64,000 nt of DNA from Mobula hypostoma (lineage: Eukaryota), in NCBI RefSeq assembly GCF_963921235.1, contig NC_086097.1:44394001-44458000 (forward strand), written 5' to 3'. Numbering within the stretch: position 1 is the stretch's first letter; each line of letters starts with the position of its first letter. A program made the translations under genes and the position numbers. Positions 14,110-26,712 of this stretch are shown here, one piece after another. Under the pieces are notes generated by a model. It was not told the DNA's origin, did no database searches, and saw only the letters and a list, made by a program, of their open reading frames with translations.

Positions 14110-14995
14110 TAGGACATAGGAACAGAATTAGGCCATTTAGCCCATTGAGTCTACTCTGCCATTTCAGCATGACTGATCCATTTTGCCTCTCAGTCCCAAT
14201 CTCCTGCCTTCTCCCCATATCCCTTTATACTCTGCATAATCAATAATCTATTAACCTATGTCTTAAATATAACCAATGACTTGCCCTCCACAGCCACCTA
14301 CTGCAACAAATTCCACAGGTTCACCACTCCCTGGCTAAAAAAATTATGCCACTCTATTCTAAGACTGTGTCCTCTTGTCTTAGACTCCCCACCATAGGAA
14401 ACATCCTCTCCACATCCACTCTACTCAGCTCTTACAACATTCCTTAAGTTTCAATGAAGTCACCCCTCATTCATCTGAATTCCAGTAAATACAGGCCCAG
14501 AGTCATCAAACGCTGTTCATATGACAAGCTATTCAATACTGGAATGATTTTTGTGAACCTCCTTTGAACCTTCTCCCATGTCAGCACATCCTTTCTAAGA
14601 TAAAGGGTCCAAAATTGCTCACAATATTCCAAGTGAGGCCTCACCAGTGCTTTATAAAGCCTCAACATGACATCCTTGCTTTTATATTCTAGTCCTCTTG
14701 AAATGAATGTTAGCATCGCATTTGCCTTCTTGACCACTGACTCAAGCTGCAAATAATCTTTAGGGAATCCTGCAAGTCCTCCCAAGTCCCAAGTCCTTTT
14801 GCACCTCAGATTATTGAATTTTCTCTCCATTTAGAAAATAGTCAACCCTTTTATTCCTTCTACCAAAGTGCATGACCATACACTTCCCGACACAGTTCTC
14901 CATCTGCCACTTCGCTGCTTATTCTCCTAAACTGTCTCTACCCTTCTGTAGCTTCTTTACTTTCTCAAAACTACCTGTCCCTCCATCTATCTTCA
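14110..14995 (-). mobile_element. CR1 LINE 3' fragment
   Basis: ORF 14471-14830 has KKANAMLTFISRGLEYKSKDVMLRLYKALVRPHLEYC. The CR1 3' tail is at ~14110. Confidence 0.9.
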
Positions 14996-15869
14996 TATAT
15001 GTTAATAGTGTCACCTTTATTTTGACAGTATTTAATATAAGACTCGTTTTCTTGATCAGTTTGATGAATGAGCCCAGCTTGCCAAGAAACAAGAATGTTG
15101 TGGGATATCATAGGAGTACCTTCACTAAAGGACTGCGGTGGTTTAAAGTAGCAACTGCCATCAGCTTCTCAAGGGCAATTGTTGATAGGTAATAAATACT
15201 GGTCTTCCCTGAGGCAACTTAATCCTGAAAAATGAATACATAGAACGTTATAATTACACAAAGAAAAATGTCTATGTTTGTGGGGGCAAACCATCTCATT
15301 GCTAGGAAATTTTTGTGGGGGTTCTACAAGACACTGGACTAAGCCTAAATCTTGTCACATTCAGTGTTTACTCCTTCACCATAAATTAAAATGGGGATAT
15401 TTGCTGATATTTGTCCAGTGTTCAGTTCTATTCCCTACTCCTCAGGCAAGAACCTTCATACTTGGGCCAATATAACATTGGGCAAGTAACATTAGCAGCA
15501 CATTGGTGACAAGCAAAGGCATGAACAATTTACCCCCTCTCCTTGACATCCAGCAGTACTACCATCACCAAATTTCTCAACATTATGACAGTATCACAAG
15601 CCAGACACTTAAATTTGACTACAATACTGTGACAATAAAACAAGTCAGAGGCTGGGAATTTTAAGATGTGTCTAATCACCAAACATTTCTAGTGTCTTCA
15701 AGGCATTTCATTACTGTGATGGAACATTGGTCATCTGCCCAAATGGGTACAGCTACAAAAACATAAGAAACTCAAAAGGATCCAGGATAAAGTAGCTGTT
15801 TAAACAGTTCCCACTCCACCATTTTAAACACCAGAGCATGCAAAGCACCAATAGCAAAATACTAATACG

Positions 15870-17130
15870 AGAAAATCACACACACAAATATAAAGAGGAA
15901 CTCAGCAGGCCAGGCAGCATCTATGGAAAAGAGTAAACAGTCAACACTTCGGGCCAAGACCCTTCTTCAAAACTGAAAAGATAGGGGAGAAGTCAGAATA
16001 AAAAGGTGGTTGGAGGGGTGGAAGAAGTACAAGGCAGTAGGAGATAGGTGAAACCAGGAGGGCAGGAAGGGGTGAAGTTAAGAGCTGGTAAATTGATTGG
16101 TGAAATAGATACAGGGTTGGAGAAGGGGGAATGTGATAAGAGGGAACAGAAGACCATGTAAGAAAGGGAAGGGGGAGGAGCACCAGGAAGAGAAAGTGTG
16201 AGAGGTAAACAAGAATGGAAACGGTAGGGGGGGGGGGCGGCAATTACCGGAAGTTCATGCCACCAGGTTCAAAGCTAACCAGATGGAATATAAGGTGTTG
16301 CTCCTCCAACCTTAGTGTGGCCTCATCTTGGCAGTAGAGGAGGCCATGGACTGACATGTCAGAATACGAATGGGAAGTAGAATTGAAATGGGTTGCTATC
16401 GGGAAATTCCACTTTTTGTGACGTAGAGCACCAGATACGGTAGATGGCCCCAACAGATTCACAGGTGAAGTTGGAAGGACTGTTTGCGGTCCTGAATGGT
16501 GGTGAGAGAGGAGATGTAGGAGCAGCTGTGGTATTTGTTCTGTTTGCCAGGATAAGTGCCAGGAGAGAGATCAGTGGGGAGGGATGAGTGGACAAGGGTG
16601 CGAACCTTGTGGAAAGCAGAAAGTGGGGGGGCAAGAGAGAAGGAAGGATGTGCTTGGTAGTGGAATCTCGATGGAAATGGCAGAAGTCATGGAAAATTAC
16701 GCGCTGGATGCGGAGGTTTGTGGGGTGGTGGGAGGACAAGAGGAACCCTATCCCTAGTGTTGTGGTCGGAGGATGGGGTGAGCGCAGATGTACAAAATGG
16801 AAGAGATGCAGGTGAGGACAGCATTAATGGTGGAGGATGGCAGGTCCCCTCCTTTGAAGAAGGAACACATCTCAGTTGCTCTGGAATGAAAAGCCTCATC
16901 CTGACAGCAGATGTGGCAGAGACAGAGGAACTGAGAAAAGGGAATGGCATTTTTGCAAGTGACAGGTTGTGAAGAGGTATAGTCCAGATAGATGTGAGAG
17001 TTAGTTGGTTTATAAAAGGTATCATTAGATAGGCTGTCTCCAGAGATGAAGACAGGGAGCTCGAGAAAGGGGAGAGAGGTGTCAGAAATGGACCAAGTAA
17101 ATTTGACAGCCAGGTGGATGTTACCAAGGG
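15870..17130 (-). mobile_element. Penelope-like element fragment (RT C-terminus, GIY-YIG remnant, 3' region)
   Basis: Translations include FTCESVGAIYRIWCS and PIATHFNSTSHS...HLIFHL. A degenerate hammerhead-like motif lies at ~15938-15975. Confidence 0.8.
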
Positions 17131-17214
17131 GTTACAATTGGTTACCAATTGGTGTTACAAATCACCAATGTTTTTGACACCGCTCATCAAGTCTGTAATC
17201 TCTATCATCTAGAC

Positions 17215-17259
17215 CAGGGATTGGTCCATGGCATAAAAAAAGATGGTTGGGAACCCCTG
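17215..17259. mobile_element. Very short hAT (Charlie-like) MITE remnant
   Basis: CAGGG...CCCTG termini and a degenerate 8-bp TSD ATCTAGAC/ACCTAGAA. Same family as 51697-51780. Confidence 0.6.
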
Positions 17260-17956
17260 ACCTAGAAAGATAAGGAAAGCAGACATGAGAGGGCTTTCTG
17301 TAAATTCCTCTTCAATTTGAACACCATCTTGTCTTGGAAATGTTTTGTTGTTCCTTCATTATCATTAGAACAAAAATTCTGGAACTTCTTATCAAGGTAG
17401 ATGTGCCTTTGTCAGTCATCAAGGGACCATTTACCACTACAATCTCAATATACAGTGGCTGTGTCAGTGAAATACTTACTTCATGAATTAATTTTTTAAA
17501 ACATATTGAACCCATTTCTACCTGCTCATTCAAATCCTAGCTACTTGCTGCATGGATATTGTGTGAATTTGTGTGAAATCAAAATACTGCAGATGCTAGA
17601 AAAACGAAATAAAAACAGAAAATAATAGAAGTAATCAGGAATTCAGGAACATCTCTAGAGTGGAAAAAAAATCGAAGTAACATTTTAGTCTGATGACCAT
17701 TCATCAGCATCTCCAGTATGTTTTGTTTCTAAAAGCATGTGGTTATTAACCTTTTGCTTAATGGAAACAAGCAATTTATGATAAAGCACACTGATAATTT
17801 CCCTCCATCTCTGATTCACATGAAAGGAAACCACTGATGAATAATGTCAGCACTGGGTATCAAAAAGTCTCAGGTGAAACTGATCAATGAAATTGCATGA
17901 AACTGATCAATGAAATACAATGCTACTAAGCTTATTTCATCTTTACTGTATACTAA

Positions 17957-18789
17957 GGCTATGTCCACACTAGACCGGATAATTTTGAAAACGCCGGTTT
18001 TGTGTAAAAAGGATAGGCATCCACACCAGGCGTTTTTGAAAATACCTCCGTCGACATTAAAACGGATATTTGGGCAAATCTCCTCCTACTGGGCATGCGC
18101 AGGACACAGAAAACAAGCGAAGAGGAAATGGTATACTTGGTGCACGTTTGTCCAGTTAGACTAGAAAAACTTAAAAGGAAATTTGTCCAGAAACATTTCC
18201 TACAGCCATAGTCTCTTCACTGACGAAAGGGACGACAGCTACAACTAAGTGCAATAAGGCTTGTTACTGGGCAAAAGTGAAATTTGCTGTTACCTCATTT
18301 GTTTGCCTTTACTTTTGCCACGTCGTTGTGCATTATTTTGCTGTATTTAACATGTACAATAAAACAAGTTACTGGGCAAAAGTGACAATTGCATCTATTG
18401 AATGCTTGCACAAGCAATGCATTAATAAAGCACCTTGTTAAATGTACAAAACATGTCTGCATCAGTGTTATCTTGTATTTCTATACAATGTTACACTAGG
18501 CTGTTACACATCTATTGTCAGATATTGTTGTTGTGGTGTTGGAGGTTGCGTTCAAGAAAACAATGAAATGCCACACTGCTGCCACCATTTGTTCCGGCAC
18601 GTCATGACAGCGTTTTAAAAATTAGCTGGTTACCCCGTACACACTACAATGGCCAACCGGCATTTTCAGATTTAAACACTCTGGAGAGTGTTTTAGGGGA
18701 GGAAAACGCTGTTTCAGTGTGGACGCAGGGTCAAAACAAAGAGAAAAGGCTTTGGTTATGGATTTATCCGGTCTAGTGTGGACGTAGCC
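17957..18789. mobile_element. PIF/Harbinger-type MITE (833 bp)
   Basis: 26-bp TIRs GGCTATGTCCACACTAGACCGGATAA / TTATCCGGTCTAGTGTGGACGTAGCC with one mismatch. Flanked by TAA and TGA (TWA-type TSD). No coding capacity. Confidence 0.88.
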
Positions 18790-20456
18790 TGACGGAGATA
18801 ATGTCATTAGGCAAGAGCAAATATAAAATGTTTACCTTCCCTCTCATCCTATGCTTACCCATTCACCTCGTCCCTCATTGCCAGTCAAGGGCCGCAAATA
18901 GTCCTTCCATTTGAGGCAACTCTTCACCAGAGAGTCTATCAGATTTATATACCGTATCTGGTGCTCCCAGTGCAGCAACAAGCAGAAGCTTTTTTTTTTA
19001 AAAAGTTCCAATATCTTTTGGGATTTTAGTAAGTTAACTAATTAATCAATTTTATTGCACAGCCAGGTGATAAATGTATGTCTATGTACATGAAATCTGC
19101 TGAACGATCTCAAAATTTGTACCACAGAGACATCTGGTGACAAGAAACCATAACTGATACAGGTATTGATGCTCAGAAATGAGGACAGAACAAATACCTA
19201 CAACCCAACATGAACAATGCATAAACTTGCAGGAGTTCCTTTGTAAAACAAAGTGCAACAGTAACTACTATTAACCCTTACCTAGCAACTTTACAAAGCC
19301 AACATATGAAGATGCTTTACAGGACTCATAACAAACTGACACTATACTATTTACAGAAGATATTCAAAAGTTTGGTGAATGTCTTAAGGACTGCCTTAAA
19401 GATGGAGAAGGCTGAGCAAGGTAAAAATGAATAATGGGGAAATTCCAAAACTTAAGGCCAAGACAGCTGCCAATAGGGAAGCAATGAAATAAAGGAGAAT
19501 AAAAAGACCAGAATAAGTTTGCAGCTGTTTTGATGCTAGAGAGATGGACAAGATTACAAGAGAAGGGAAAGGTGATCATAGACAGATTTGAAAACATGGA
19601 CAAGAATTTTAAATTCAAGGTTCTGCATAAGGGTGGCAATAAGTGAAACCAGGTGCAAGTCTGGCCATTCAAAGATGGGCAGGAAAATGGTGGACCGAAT
19701 TTAGTACAGATGGTGTGAAGTGATGTACATTGACCAAGGAGATACAATATAGACCACATGCTACAGTAGGTGCATAGGAACAAAGCCAGCTTAATGTTAT
19801 GTGAATTGGTCTTTGATACTTACTTAGACATGTTGGGAGAGATTTCAGTTGAAAAAAAATAGGACACAGGATTTCACGGCTAGAAACAGGTAGAAGAAGG
19901 GAGGTTGTTTTGAACCTCTATAAAACATCGGTTAGATCTCAGCTGGAGCAGTGCCCAATTCTGATCAATTTAGGAAAGAGGTGAAGTTGCAGAGGTTTAT
20001 TACAAAGGTTTTTGGGATGAAGGATTTCAGATACAAGGTTAGAATTGAAGCAAGAATTTGAAACAAAGACTGAGGAAATTTCAATAGATGATAGTTTTAG
20101 AAAGAATAAATAGAAAGCAAATAGGTTAAGAGTTACAGATTTAATGTAATGAGGAAAACATTCTGGACAAATTTGAGAAAAACAAATTTTGCTTTTGGAA
20201 ACTCACTGCTTGCAGAGTTCTGGAGAACAAAGTCATCCAGGACTTTCTATAGTTGGATCGGCACTTGAGGGAAATTTGCAAGCCCAATAGGAAAGAAAGA
20301 GATTGGAACTGACTGGACCATTTTATAAAAATCCCACACGGACAAGATTACCAAAAGGACTCCTTTTGTGCCACATCAAATCTATGATTCTAAAAAGTTC
20401 GCAAGATAAATGGTGAAAATGCAGTTCCAAGCACACTAAACTGTGGATTAAGAGTA

Positions 20457-20820
20457 AATGACCTCCAGCACCCAGGGCATGCCTTTTTCTCACTGTTACC
20501 ATCAGGTAGGAGGTACAGAAGCCTGAAGGCACACACTCAGCGATTCAGGAACAGCTTCTTCCCCTCTGCCATCCGATTCCTAAATGGACATTGAATCCTT
20601 GGGACATTTTAATATATTATTTCTGTTTTTTTGCACATTTTTTTAATCTATTCAATATACTTACACTGTAATTGATTTACTTGTTTATTATTTTTAATTT
20701 ATTTATTACTTTTTTTTTCTCTTCTAGATTATGTATTGCACTGAACTGTTGCTGCTAAATTAACAAATTTTATGTCACATGCCGGTGATAATAAACCTGA
20801 TTCAGATTCTGATTCTGATA
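20457..20820 (+). mobile_element. Rex1-type LINE 3' end
   Basis: CCATCAGGTAGGAGGTACAGAAGCCTGAAG...AACAGCTTCTTCCCCTCTGCCATC, followed by AATAAA and a (GATTCT)n tail. Confidence 0.7.
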
Positions 20821-21039
20821 CTGGTTTTCAAACACCAGAAGTTTGAAAGGCATTTTCTTCTGGCAGTTTTAGTCTTTCATCAGAATCTTTTAATGCTGGG
20901 AGACTGTAATATTTTATATAATTACTTCGAGCAATTGACAAATATGATTGATGTGTGAAATCCAATTATAATGCATAAGTCAGTGGGGCTCACCCCTGGA
21001 TACAGAAGCCCCTTTGGAGAAGCACAAAGGATTCCAGAT

Positions 21040-21340
21040 GGTGGGTAGAAGGTGGCATTCGTTAGTCTTGTGAAGGTCTCCAGGGCGCAGGCCTGGGCAA
21101 GGTTGTATGGAACCCTGACAGTTGCCCATGCTGCAAGTCTCCCCTCTTCACGCCACCAATGTTGTCCAAGGGAAGGGCACTAGGGCCGATACAGCTTGGC
21201 ACCAGTGTCATCGCAGAGCAATGTGTGGTTAAGTGCCTTGCTCAAGGACACAACATGCTGCCTCAGCTGACGCTCGAACTAGTAACCTTCAGATCACTAG
21301 ACCAACGCCTTAACCACTTGGCCACGCACCAACACACACG
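21040..21340. mobile_element. RTE-type SINE-like copy
   Basis: Shares GGGCGCAGGCCTGGGCAAGG...GTTGCCCATGC...TCCAAGGGAAGGGCA...CCGATACAGCTTGGCACCAGTGTC with 6086-6440. Confidence 0.55.
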
Positions 21341-23322
21341 CCAATACTATTTATTAAATATTTATCTAACTAGAAAGTTTGCAAAAGTTAAAAAACAAAA
21401 TAAATATACTGGTCATCTCATATTGCTAGAAGTGCCCAACAATTTCCAATGTTCTTAAAAGCAGCAGCTCATCTCAACATCAGATGTGTCTGATTGGAAC
21501 ACGTGTTTTAATGATTAAATAGAGTTTTCCTTCAAAAAATGGTTGGACATAGATAAATCTAAAGAAACTTAAGGGGCATGACATGGAAAGTGAAGCAAGT
21601 TGGAATGCGAATGGCTTAAAAAGGAAGGAACAGAACAAAAGTAAGAGGCAGTTTCTCAGGGAGATTGTAAATGAGTGTGATGTCTCACAAGTGTAACCTT
21701 TCTATGATAGGTGAAGTTCATTGTGTCAATTGATTCAGTTGTCTCTGATAAATGCCTAGAAAAAATAGTTCCAAGGTTTTCATATAATATTGTACAAAAT
21801 CCTGAAACGCAATAGAGATTGAAAAATGCAAGAATTCAATGCCAGTAAATACGAGCTAGTTCATTTTGAGGGGTTGGAATCTATAATTGAAAGGTGGCTG
21901 GTACAGAAAAAACAGGATGGGATGTCACTGAATTATCATGTGGACTACATGGCAGCACTCTAGGGTGGAGAGATAGCCTCTGCCTCCTGCTCAGGCAGTG
22001 GCAGGTATCAGTTAACCACAGCATCACACTGGCATGTTCTATCCAGGACAATCCAATTGTTATAGTTTCTGTTACACAGAAACATTTTTTCCCCAGAAGT
22101 TCCTAATTCTTAAAACTTACTTTAAATGATATTGCATTCCAATGAAACCAATGGGTGTATCACCTGCAACAAGTCTAAGCTGAATTATTCGAGGACATTC
22201 CCAATGTATATCCTGGGGAACTGCAGGAAAAAAACTGTACAGCCTCTCTAGGTTCCAGAAGGGTTCCAGCCCCACAGTGCATTCCAAGCAACATGTGGAG
22301 ATATGGTTCAAAGGTATATTTAATGTCAGAGAATTGTTAATAATATGTCAAGTAACTGTTAATGTTTCCCTGCAAAATCTAGTAGCATACTAATAGGTTT
22401 AATAAACACTGGCAAGCATACTGTCCTTCTTTTTATAAAAATGAGCTCGATATTGAAATAAAATTTTGATGATATGAGACCATAGATAAAATAGAATTGA
22501 TTCAATAATTTTAAAATTCACATCAAATATAATTAACATAAATGAAAAATTAGTACTCATTGAAGTTCATGGCAATAAATATTTAAAAAGTCATCCAAAA
22601 CTAAAGTGTGGAAATATAAAAGTGAATAAAGTCAGAATATACTGGAAATCTTCAACAGATTAGTCTCTAGAGGGAAAACTGAGCTGATAAAGAGACATTT
22701 TATAGGCTGTGTCAGAACTAGTCAGTTCTGATGAAAAATCACCATCTTGTAGCTTGAAGTTTTTCTCTCTCCACAATGTGGCCTACCTGCCTGAATATCA
22801 TCAGCACATCCTGCTTACAGTATTTTAGATTGTCATTATTGTCAGGGTTTTGCTTTTAAGTTTATCACAGCCCATTTCAATTCTTGAGAGTTCAACAACT
22901 TTTAAACAAGTCTATATTGCAAACTAAAAGTGCAGCTTTAAATGTATCAGGGATTAGGAAGACAATTAACATCATTTGCATCCCTTCAAATAGAAAGTTA
23001 TCTGCCTCATAGCAACACACACTAAATGCTGGAGGAACTCAGCAGGTCAGACAGCATCTATGGAAATGATGTTTCGGACTGAGACTCTTCATCAGGACTG
23101 GAAAGGAAGACATCAGAATAAAAAGGGTGGAGGAGGGGAATGAGGACAACTAGAAAGTGATAACTAAAGCCAGGTGGGTGAAAAAGATAAAGGGCTGGAG
23201 ATGAAGGAATCTGATAGGAGAGGAGAATGGACCATGGGAGAACAGGATGAAGGAGGAGCACTGGGGGAAGTGACAGGCAGCTGAAGAGAAGATGTACGTG
23301 GCCAGAGTGGGAAAAGAAACAC

Positions 23323-23370
23323 GGGGAAGGGGAAGGGGAAGGGGAAGGGGAAGGGGAAGGGGAAGGGGAA
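23323..23370. repeat. (GGGGAA)8 hexamer tandem repeat
   Basis: Eight perfect units seen directly. Confidence 0.95.
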
Positions 23371-24273
23371 GGGAGAAAAAAAAATACGGACAACCCCAAC
23401 AGATTTGCAGGTGAAATGTTGCCTCTCCTGCCAGGATTGTTTGGGGACCTGAGTGGAGGTAAGATGAATGAGTAGGTGTGGCATTTCTGTTGCTTGCTGC
23501 GATATGTTTCAGGAGGGAGATTAGTGGGTAGGGACGAATGGTTCAGGGAATCTCGGAGGAAGCAATCCCTGTGGGAAGCGGATGGGGAGGGGTTAAAGGT
23601 GTGTTTGGTGGTTGGATCCCGTTGAAGGTGGTGGAAGTTGCAGAGAGAGATGCACTGGATGCGGAGGTTCATGGGGTGAGGACAAGAGAAACTCTATCAC
23701 CGTTAAGGTAGCGGTAAGATGGGGTGAGCACAGATGTCCAGGAAAGTGGGGTTGTCCATTGTAACCAGTGCTCCCAATATGGTTTCCCTTACATTAGGGA
23801 TACACTCGACGTAAACTGGGGGACCACTTTGTCGAGCACCTCCTCTCTATTTGCCAAGTGTTTCTCAGTGGCCAACCTTTTAATTCCTATCCCCATTCTC
23901 CTTCTGACATGCCAGTCCATGGCATCCTCTTTTGCCACGATGAGACTGCTCTCAGGATGGAGGAGAAACACTTCATATTCCTTCTAGGAAGCCTCCTACT
24001 TGATGAATATTGATTTCTTCTTCTGATAATTTTTTCCTCTCCTCCTTCCCTCTGCTTCTATTCTGGCCTCTTACCTCTTCTCCTCACCTGCCTATCCCTT
24101 CCCCCTGGTGACCCTCATCCTTCCCTTTCTCCCATGTCCACTCTCCTCTCTAATAAGATTCCTTCTTCTCCAGCCCTTTAGCTTTCACATCCACCTGGCT
24201 TCACCTATCACCTTCTGGATAGTCCTCTTTCCCTCCTCCACCATTTCATTCTGGTATTTTCCCCCTTCAGTGC

Positions 24274-24311
24274 CAGTCCTGAAGACAGATCTCGGCCTGA
24301 AACGTCGACTG
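24274..24311 (+). ncRNA. Minimal type I hammerhead ribozyme motif (PLE-associated)
   Basis: CAGTC-CTGAAGA-cagatctcggcct-GAAA-CGTC-GACTG: helix I is CAGTC/GACTG and both core boxes are intact; helix II is weakened. Confidence 0.65.
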
Positions 24312-25235
24312 TTTATTAATTTCCATAGACGCTGCCTGACCTGATGAGTTCCTCCAACATATGGTGCTCAGGATTTGTAGCATCTGGGGAATCCTGTGTT
24401 TATTGTCTGGTTTATTTCAACTGTACACAGAAATCTTCAAACTTTGTAGCTGACCAATTTCATTATATTTTCATTATACTTTCTTTAATCAATCTAGTGT
24501 TCACTTTCAGCTAAAGAGCAAAATGCTAAGGGCCAGCTATTGTTTAATGTGACAAGTAGTCAATATTTTAAGAGCTCTAAATTATACCTTAATTATAGCA
24601 GAATAGCCTTAATTTGCATTTTATTGAAACTCAGTTCCATTTAATTGAGACAAATTAATGTAATATAGTGTATTTCTTCCCCTCTATACTTATGCAGTCT
24701 AAGTTAGGAATTTAGAGAATAATTTGCAAACCTTTACCGAGCCAAACCCACTTGGTTATCAACACTAATCCTTATAATGCTAAATCATTGTAAATAGAGT
24801 CCATGAGTGACTTTTTTCCCCTCTTATGAATCAGCCAGCATCAGCTCTGCCTATAAATTGTGCTTATTTTGGGAAAATACCTCCAAGTACTGTGAAAGGG
24901 GCTTTACTTTAGTCATGTAATTAATAGATTTGTGAGAAGCAATGTCTGTACCATAACCAGGAACAATTAAAACATCTGCTTTAACAATTATACTGGTGAA
25001 TAGTCAACAAATACTATAACTGTCACTCAACAAAAGAACATTTGATAGGATCTTGAAAGCAGTGCAAAGAGATTCAAAAGAGAAAAACAATCAAATCCCA
25101 TATTTCAATTCCTATTAGCTAGCAATTACACAAAAAAATTTAACAACTTTTACTCAATAAAAAGATGTAAACAACTTTTTAAATCACCTAATAATACCAG
25201 CATTTATTCCCTAAATACATCAGAAGGTGCACTAC

Positions 25236-25970
25236 CTTTATTGACTTATCCATGGAGGCAGAGAGCAGTAAATGGCTGTGTTGTTCCACCGGACACCACT
25301 GTATTGTGGTAACTGGTCCACTATGCTGAGACATCTGAAACACCAAGTGTTTAGGGATTTTTGAGGTCTTGTGTTGGCTCTCCAAATAGGGCTTTATGAA
25401 GTCTGAAACTTTGCTTAGCAGACCTAACTGGTATTCTGCTGGTGCAGTACAATCTATCCCAGTGTCCAAAATGTCTCTGCTTTCTTGAAGTTTGTTGCTT
25501 TTATTACATGCAGCTTCTTTCTCCCTCAATCGCTTGGGTACATAAGGTTTAATATTTTGAGTTCCAGTCATTGAATCTTGAAGTAATCTTTTCTGAGCTG
25601 AAGGGATCATCTTTCCAGTTCTGCCAGATTTCTGCACCAGAGGCAGTGAATTTTCATGGACACCTTTAGAAACCTGGAAGCAAGACTCATCATTTAGAGT
25701 CATCACTGCTGGTCTGGAAGTTACACCAAAGTGTCGCTGTGCAAAATTCTGTGTACTATTCAAACTGCAATCCACATTGCTACCAGTTGAGGCCATTTTT
25801 ACCTGATGACCACATCCTGATGTTTCCATTCTTGAGGTAGTTGGAAATACAGATTGAAGTTCAAAGTTAGAATGAGCAAAATTATCTTTGTCCCGAGTGT
25901 ACTTGATTTCTTCACTTTTGTCATTCTCTGACTCTGAATCTGAGGAGTCATAAGCAACCAGCGAATTCAT
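25236..25970 (-). CDS. WDR25: WD repeat-containing protein 25, first coding exon (245 codons; exon probably starts at 26031)
   Basis: N-terminus MNSLVAYDSSDSE and C-terminal HSGPVTTIQWCPVEQHSHLLLSASMDKSIK match vertebrate WDR25. Phase-0 donor AAG|GTAGT at 25236/25235; acceptor TTTCACCTGCAG|G at 26032/26031. Head-to-head synteny with WARS1. Confidence 0.92.
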
Positions 25971-26712
25971 GTCACATTATGCAATGGAAAGAATCTGCAC
26001 ACAGTTCTGTCTGCGAGGACGTTGGATGTTCCTGCAGGTGAAACATTTTCATAAATTGAAAGAAGTAAATTACACCCTTAGATAGTATAATGTAAATTTC
26101 AACTTTTATTTACTTTTCAAAAGTATGTGGCACTTATTCTCCAAAAGGTTATCATATATTTTTAAAACATGGATTCTCTCCCTTTTGTAAATATGCAATT
26201 GGAAGTTCATCGAGATGATTTCAGGTAATTGTGGTTCAGTATTCCTACTGGAACAACATCTAAAAGTTGTATCGTGACAGGGTCATATACAAAGATGGGC
26301 TATATTCTCTTGGCACCAAGATAAAATCAAAAGTAGATGTCAACTGAATGTATGTGAAAATAATGAAGGTGAGAAGATTGGAATCTATTTAAATATATTC
26401 CAAAAAGGGAGAATGGAATAAGCCACATGAAAATAGACTTACATGTCCAGCATCATTCCAGGGAAAACAAACAATCTGCTGGAAGAACTCAAGATGGTTG
26501 TGCAGCAATTGTGGGAGGAGAGGAATCTATTTGCTGCTTCAGATCCCAGCACCAGCAATCTTTAGTTCCTTCATCTAGAGGAAGTTTTTTTAGGGCCAAA
26601 AATGCAGGATAAAATTTAAATCACCTAGAAGCATATGGTTTTGTAAATTAGAAAAGTATGTGATTAATATTTCTGGACATTCATGCATATGAATGAGCTT
26701 CCATAAAAATTA

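Larger units (their letters stand above)
23012..24400. mobile_element. Two Penelope-like fragments joined in inverted orientation (- copy ~23012-23745, + copy ~23746-24400)
   Basis: The - copy has QERQHFTCKSVGVV. The + copy has the GIY-YIG remnant GVVHCNQCSQYGFPYIRDT. Both end in the same 3' tail (GATGCTGYCTGACCTG.TGAGTTCCTCCA) pointing outward. Confidence 0.8.

Noticed and set aside
23058..23672. 204-aa ORF with a (PS)n repeat
   Set aside because: A read-through of a decayed Penelope fragment plus the (GGGGAA)n array.
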